Positions 60,390 to 64,000 of a DNA stretch of 64,000 bases are shown here, one piece after another. Source of the stretch: Azolla caroliniana (Eukaryota; Plantae; Polypodiophyta); contig JBHGNT010000009.1 in assembly GCA_043228905.1 (NCBI GenBank), forward strand, positions 10,602,001 to 10,666,000. Direction: 5' to 3'. Within the stretch, counting starts at the first letter, position 1; every line of letters begins with the position of its first letter. A model generated the notes under the pieces. The model had not been told where the DNA came from, ran no database searches, and saw only the letters and a program-made list of their open reading frames with translations. The position numbers were made by a program, and so were the translations under genes.

Positions 60390-63300
60390 TCACTTCGGCA
60401 TGGGATGTCTCTCCAATCCGATCCTCTTCCGGCATGCTTCCAGCTTGTCGGGTGTGAGCACCTTGGTCAGCATATCCGACCCGTTCTCGTCCGTGTGGAC
60501 CTTCGTCAGCACGAACTCCTTGTCTTCTATCCTTTCCCGGATCCAGTGATATCTTCGCTGGATGTGCTTCGTCCGGGAGTGATAGGCCGCGTTCTTCGCA
60601 AGGTGGATGGCACTCTGACTGTCGCAGTAGAGTCGGTACTCCTCTTGCTGGATACCGAGCTCTCTAATGAAGTCCTTCATCCATATTATTTCCTTGCCGG
60701 CTTCAACAGCCGCCATGTACTCCGCCTCCGTGGTTGACAACGCAACCGTCTTCTGCAGCCTCGACTGCCATGAAACAGCTCCCCCTGCGTACGTCATCAC
60801 ATACCCTGATGTGGACCGGCTGGTATCTGCATCAGCCGACATATCCGAATTGGTAAAGCCGTCGAGTTCGGGCTTACCGGAGCCGAATCGGAGGCACACG
60901 TTTGCCGTGCCCTTCAGGTATCGGAGTATCCACTTGGCCGCGTTCCAATGCTCTTTGTCGGGATTGCTCATGTACCGGCTCACCACTCCGACTGCATATC
61001 CTATGTCTGGTCTTGTACACACCATTGCGTACATCAAGCTTCCGACGGCAGAGGCATATGGCACTTTCATCATGTCCTCCTTCTCAGCCTTTGTCTTGGG
61101 ACTTTGCTTGCTGGACAACTTGCAGTTTGCCGGGAGGGTTGACCCGACCGGTCTTGCTTCCGACATGTTGAACCGTTGAAGCACCTTTGTCACGTACTTC
61201 TCCTGTGACAGCCACAACTGCTTCTTCTTCCGGTCCCGGATGATGTGCATCCCTAATATTTGCCTCGCCGGACCCAAGTCCTTCATTGAGAAGGTTCGGT
61301 GAAGAGCCTTCTTCAGCATCCGTATCTTGACCTGGTCCCGTCCGACGATCAACATGTCGTCCACGTACAGGAGGAGTATTAGAAAGTCTCCTCCTTCGAA
61401 CTTCTTCATAAACACGCAGTGGTCGGACTGCGTTTTGAGGTACCCTTCGTCGGTCATGAAGGAGTCGAACTTCCGGTACCATTGCCGGGGAGCCTGCTTC
61501 AGTCCGTAAAGGCTCTTCTTCAACCGGCATACCAGGTGCTCCTTCCCTTTCTTCTCGAATCCTTCCGGTTGCTGCATGTAGATTTCTTCTTCGAGGTCAC
61601 CGTGAAGGAATGCCGTCTTCACGTCCATCTGTTCTACTTCGAGGTCCATGCTTGCCGCTATGCTCAGCACCGTCCGGATGGAGGTCATCTTCACTACCGG
61701 GGCAAATATCTCGTCGAAGTCGACGCCCTTCTTCTGCTGAAACCCCTTCACCACGATCCTGGCTTTGTATCTCGGGGGGTTTCCGGCATCTCCCGGTTTC
61801 AGCTTGAACACCCACTTGTTACGGAGTGCCCGTTTTCCTTTCGGCAGCTCCACAAGTTCATATGTGTGGTTCTCATGCAGGGAATCCATCTCGTCCTGCA
61901 TGGCACTCAACCACCTGCGGCTCTGGGTGTCATGCTTTGCTTCTTCAAAGCTCTCCGGCTCCCCCTCGTCGGTTAGCAGCACGTGCTCTGGTTCCGGAAA
62001 TCTCCGGGGGGCCCTTCTCTCCCTTAGAGGATATCTCCGTTCCGGAGCTTCGGTAACCGGTTCTTCCGATTCTTCTTCATCCGAATCCATTTCGGGATCG
62101 GGGCCGGTCCCGGTATCATTTTCATCTTCTTCGGCCGGTTCTGTTTCTTCACCGTCTTCGGCCGGATCCTCGAGTGCTAACCGGTCCCTTGCCGGTCGGG
62201 ACTGCTCCTCGTAGAGTTGATCCTCACCGGTCGACTTGGAGCTCTTCATCTTCTTCTCCGACTCCAAGTCGGCGAGTGTCTTGTCCTCCATGAAGATGAT
62301 GTCTCGACTCCTGAATATCTTCTTGTCGACCGGGTCCCATACTCGGTAGCCGAACTCGTCGTCGCCGTAACCGAGGAATATGCATGGCCGGGTCTTTGGA
62401 TCTAGCTTTCCTCTCCGGTCCTTTGCCACATGCACGTAAGCGAGACACCCGAACACCTTCAGATGCCGGTAGGACACTTCCTTACCGGTCCACTCTTTCT
62501 GCGGCGTGTCTCCGTCCAAAGGTACTGAGGGTGATCTGTTTATCACGTATGTCGCCGTCGACATTGCCTCAGCCCAAAACCCCTTGGGTAATTTCGCATG
62601 CGCCAGCATACTCCGGACCCTCTCCATTATGGTCCGGTTCATCCTCTCGGCCACCCCGTTCAGTTCCGGCGTCTTCGGCACAGTAAACTCGAGCCGGATT
62701 CCCTTCGAGTGACAGTACTCCTGGAACTGCCCCCGGTATTCCCCTCCGTTATCCGCTCGTATCGTTTTCAGCTTCTTGCCGGATTCCCTTTCCACTCTCG
62801 CGTGGAGTTCTTTGAAGACGGACAATACTTGGTCCTTTGTCTTCAACGGTGCTGTCCACAGCTTCCGGCTGTGATCATCAATGAAAGTCACGAAGTACTG
62901 GGCTCCGCCGTGTGACTTCGTTTCTACCTGACACACATCAGTATGCACCAACTCCAATGGTGCGCTACGTCTCGTCGGTGGCCTTGAGTGGAAGGAGGTT
63001 CGGTTCTGCTTACCGGCCAGGCAATCGGTGCACTTCTCCAGGTGCACATGCTTCACTGGAATAAGGTTGTCTTCTGCAAGCCTCTTCATCCCTTTCTCAC
63101 TCATGTGGCACAGTCTCTTGTGCCACAGCTCACCGGCAGCGTCGGCTGCCACGTTCAGCTCCTCCGGACATAGCCGGGAGTTCATCAGGTACAGGGTGTT
63201 GACCTTCCGGGCCCGAGCCACTATCAGGCTCCCCTTGCTGAACTTCATGACACCGTTCCGGATGCTACCCGTGTAGCCTTCATCATCTAGCCTCCCGGCC

Positions 63301-64000
63301 GAGATCAGGTTCAATCGGACCTCCGGAACGTGTCGCACATCCTTCAACAGCATCTTGCATCCGGTTGATGTCAACAGCCACACGTCTCCTATGCCGGCAA
63401 TCCGGCATGTGCCTTCATTTCCCATCCGGACACAGCCGTGCTCACCGGTTGTGTAGGATGAGAAGTATTTCTTCTCCGGGGTCAGGTGGAACGACGCTCC
63501 GGAATCAACCACCCAGGTCGTCTCTACACCGGCAAGGTTCAGCTCCCTCTCTTCGGTAATGAGCATGATTTCTTCCTCGCTTGCCGCGAGTGCCGTCGTT
63601 CCTTTCCGGTCCTGCCCTCGCCGATCCGGACCTCTTCGGTCCGTGGCTCCCCGGTATGCACCGTTTCTCTCCGGTGACTTCTTCGAATCGGTGTCGTCGG
63701 CTCCGTTGTCCTTTCGGTAATGCCGACAATTCTTCCGGAAGTGCCCCGGCTTCCCACAGTGGAAGCATGTTGGCCTTCCTCTTGACTGCGACCGGGTCCC
63801 CGACTTCTCCCGTCTTTGCGGACTCCGGTTCCATTGTCTTCCCCGATCCGATTCGGTAAGCAGCATCTTCTGATCAGAAACCGGTTCTTTATCTCTCCGA
63901 CGCGCTTCTTCGTTCAAAATACTTGTCTTTACCGTTTGTAGGGACAAGTTATCTTCGGTGCAGGAGGTGCTGAGAGTCACCACCAAGTTCTCCCAGCTGT
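60390..64000 (-). CDS. gag-pol: C7 intact gag-pol (open to window end)
   Basis: 1198-aa uninterrupted ORF: CFHCGKPGHFRKNC, DSGAS, HTDVC/RADNG/NGVAE, YVDD, RH TEAEY...SDMLTK. Confidence 0.96.
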   Translation of the reverse strand, partial: SWENLVVTLSTSCTEDNLSLQTVKTSILNEEARRRDKEPVSDQKMLLTESDRGRQWNRSPQRREKSGTRSQSRGRPTCFHCGKPGHFRKNCRHYRKDNGADDTDSKKSPERNGAYRGATDRRGPDRRGQDRKGTTALAASEEEIMLITEERELNLAGVETTWVVDSGASFHLTPEKKYFSSYTTGEHGCVRMGNEGTCRIAGIGDVWLLTSTGCKMLLKDVRHVPEVRLNLISAGRLDDEGYTGSIRNGVMKFSKGSLIVARARKVNTLYLMNSRLCPEELNVAADAAGELWHKRLCHMSEKGMKRLAEDNLIPVKHVHLEKCTDCLAGKQNRTSFHSRPPTRRSAPLELVHTDVCQVETKSHGGAQYFVTFIDDHSRKLWTAPLKTKDQVLSVFKELHARVERESGKKLKTIRADNGGEYRGQFQEYCHSKGIRLEFTVPKTPELNGVAERMNRTIMERVRSMLAHAKLPKGFWAEAMSTATYVINRSPSVPLDGDTPQKEWTGKEVSYRHLKVFGCLAYVHVAKDRRGKLDPKTRPCIFLGYGDDEFGYRVWDPVDKKIFRSRDIIFMEDKTLADLESEKKMKSSKSTGEDQLYEEQSRPARDRLALEDPAEDGEETEPAEEDENDTGTGPDPEMDSDEEESEEPVTEAPERRYPLRERRAPRRFPEPEHVLLTDEGEPESFEEAKHDTQSRRWLSAMQDEMDSLHENHTYELVELPKGKRALRNKWVFKLKPGDAGNPPRYKARIVVKGFQQKKGVDFDEIFAPVVKMTSIRTVLSIAASMDLEVEQMDVKTAFLHGDLEEEIYMQQPEGFEKKGKEHLVCRLKKSLYGLKQAPRQWYRKFDSFMTDEGYLKTQSDHCVFMKKFEGGDFLILLLYVDDMLIVGRDQVKIRMLKKALHRTFSMKDLGPARQILGMHIIRDRKKKQLWLSQEKYVTKVLQRFNMSEARPVGSTLPANCKLSSKQSPKTKAEKEDMMKVPYASAVGSLMYAMVCTRPDIGYAVGVVSRYMSNPDKEHWNAAKWILRYLKGTANVCLRFGSGKPELDGFTNSDMSADADTSRSTSGYVMTYAGGAVSWQSRLQKTVALSTTEAEYMAAVEAGKEIIWMKDFIRELGIQQEEYRLYCDSQSAIHLAKNAAYHSRTKHIQRRYHWIRERIEDKEFVLTKVHTDENGSDMLTKVLTPDKLEACRKRIGLERHPMPK

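Larger units (their letters stand above)
59673..64000 (-). mobile_element. Copia C7 (3' LTR 59673-60379; 5' part outside window)
   Basis: TG...CA LTR related to the C3 LTRs; PPT GAAGGGGGAG at about 60391-60382. Confidence 0.92.

Noticed and set aside
17-63859. Numerous short overlapping or antisense ORFs in the ORF track
   Set aside because: Shadow frames of GC-rich retroelement coding sequence or LTRs, with no independent motifs.

Overview
No host genes are visible. The window is a dense nest of LTR retrotransposons from a plant genome; the Copia and Gypsy protein types suggest a moss, which is inference. I can delimit at least 7 Ty1/Copia elements and 9-10 Ty3/Gypsy elements or fragments. 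Several have paired LTRs and target-site duplications (TSDs): 5521-13058 ATTGT, 19655-24927 CAAGG, 24936-30445 GGGAY, 15628-31493 AWTTG, 35877-58502 TGCTC, 40942-57874 AAGGG and 47031-54543 GCGC. Two look recent and coding-intact: Gypsy 47031-54543 and Copia 59673->64000. Main observations: (1) a Gypsy lineage present three times has, in place of a polypurine tract (PPT), a conserved sense-strand mimic of a tRNA 3' end ending in CCA, about 2 nt before the 3' LTR; (2) the same lineage carries a large extra coiled-coil ORF after integrase; (3) the young tRNA-Trp-primed Gypsy has a candidate -1 frameshift signal (GGAUUUU plus pseudoknot) between protease and RT; (4) its LTRs contain three tRNA-like A/B-box units; (5) the Bryco-like Copias have a duplicated PPT, a long charged Pol tail and a conserved LTR-start hairpin, and a piece of that tail sits inside a chromovirus LTR. 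Coordinates and alignments were read by eye; no searches were run.
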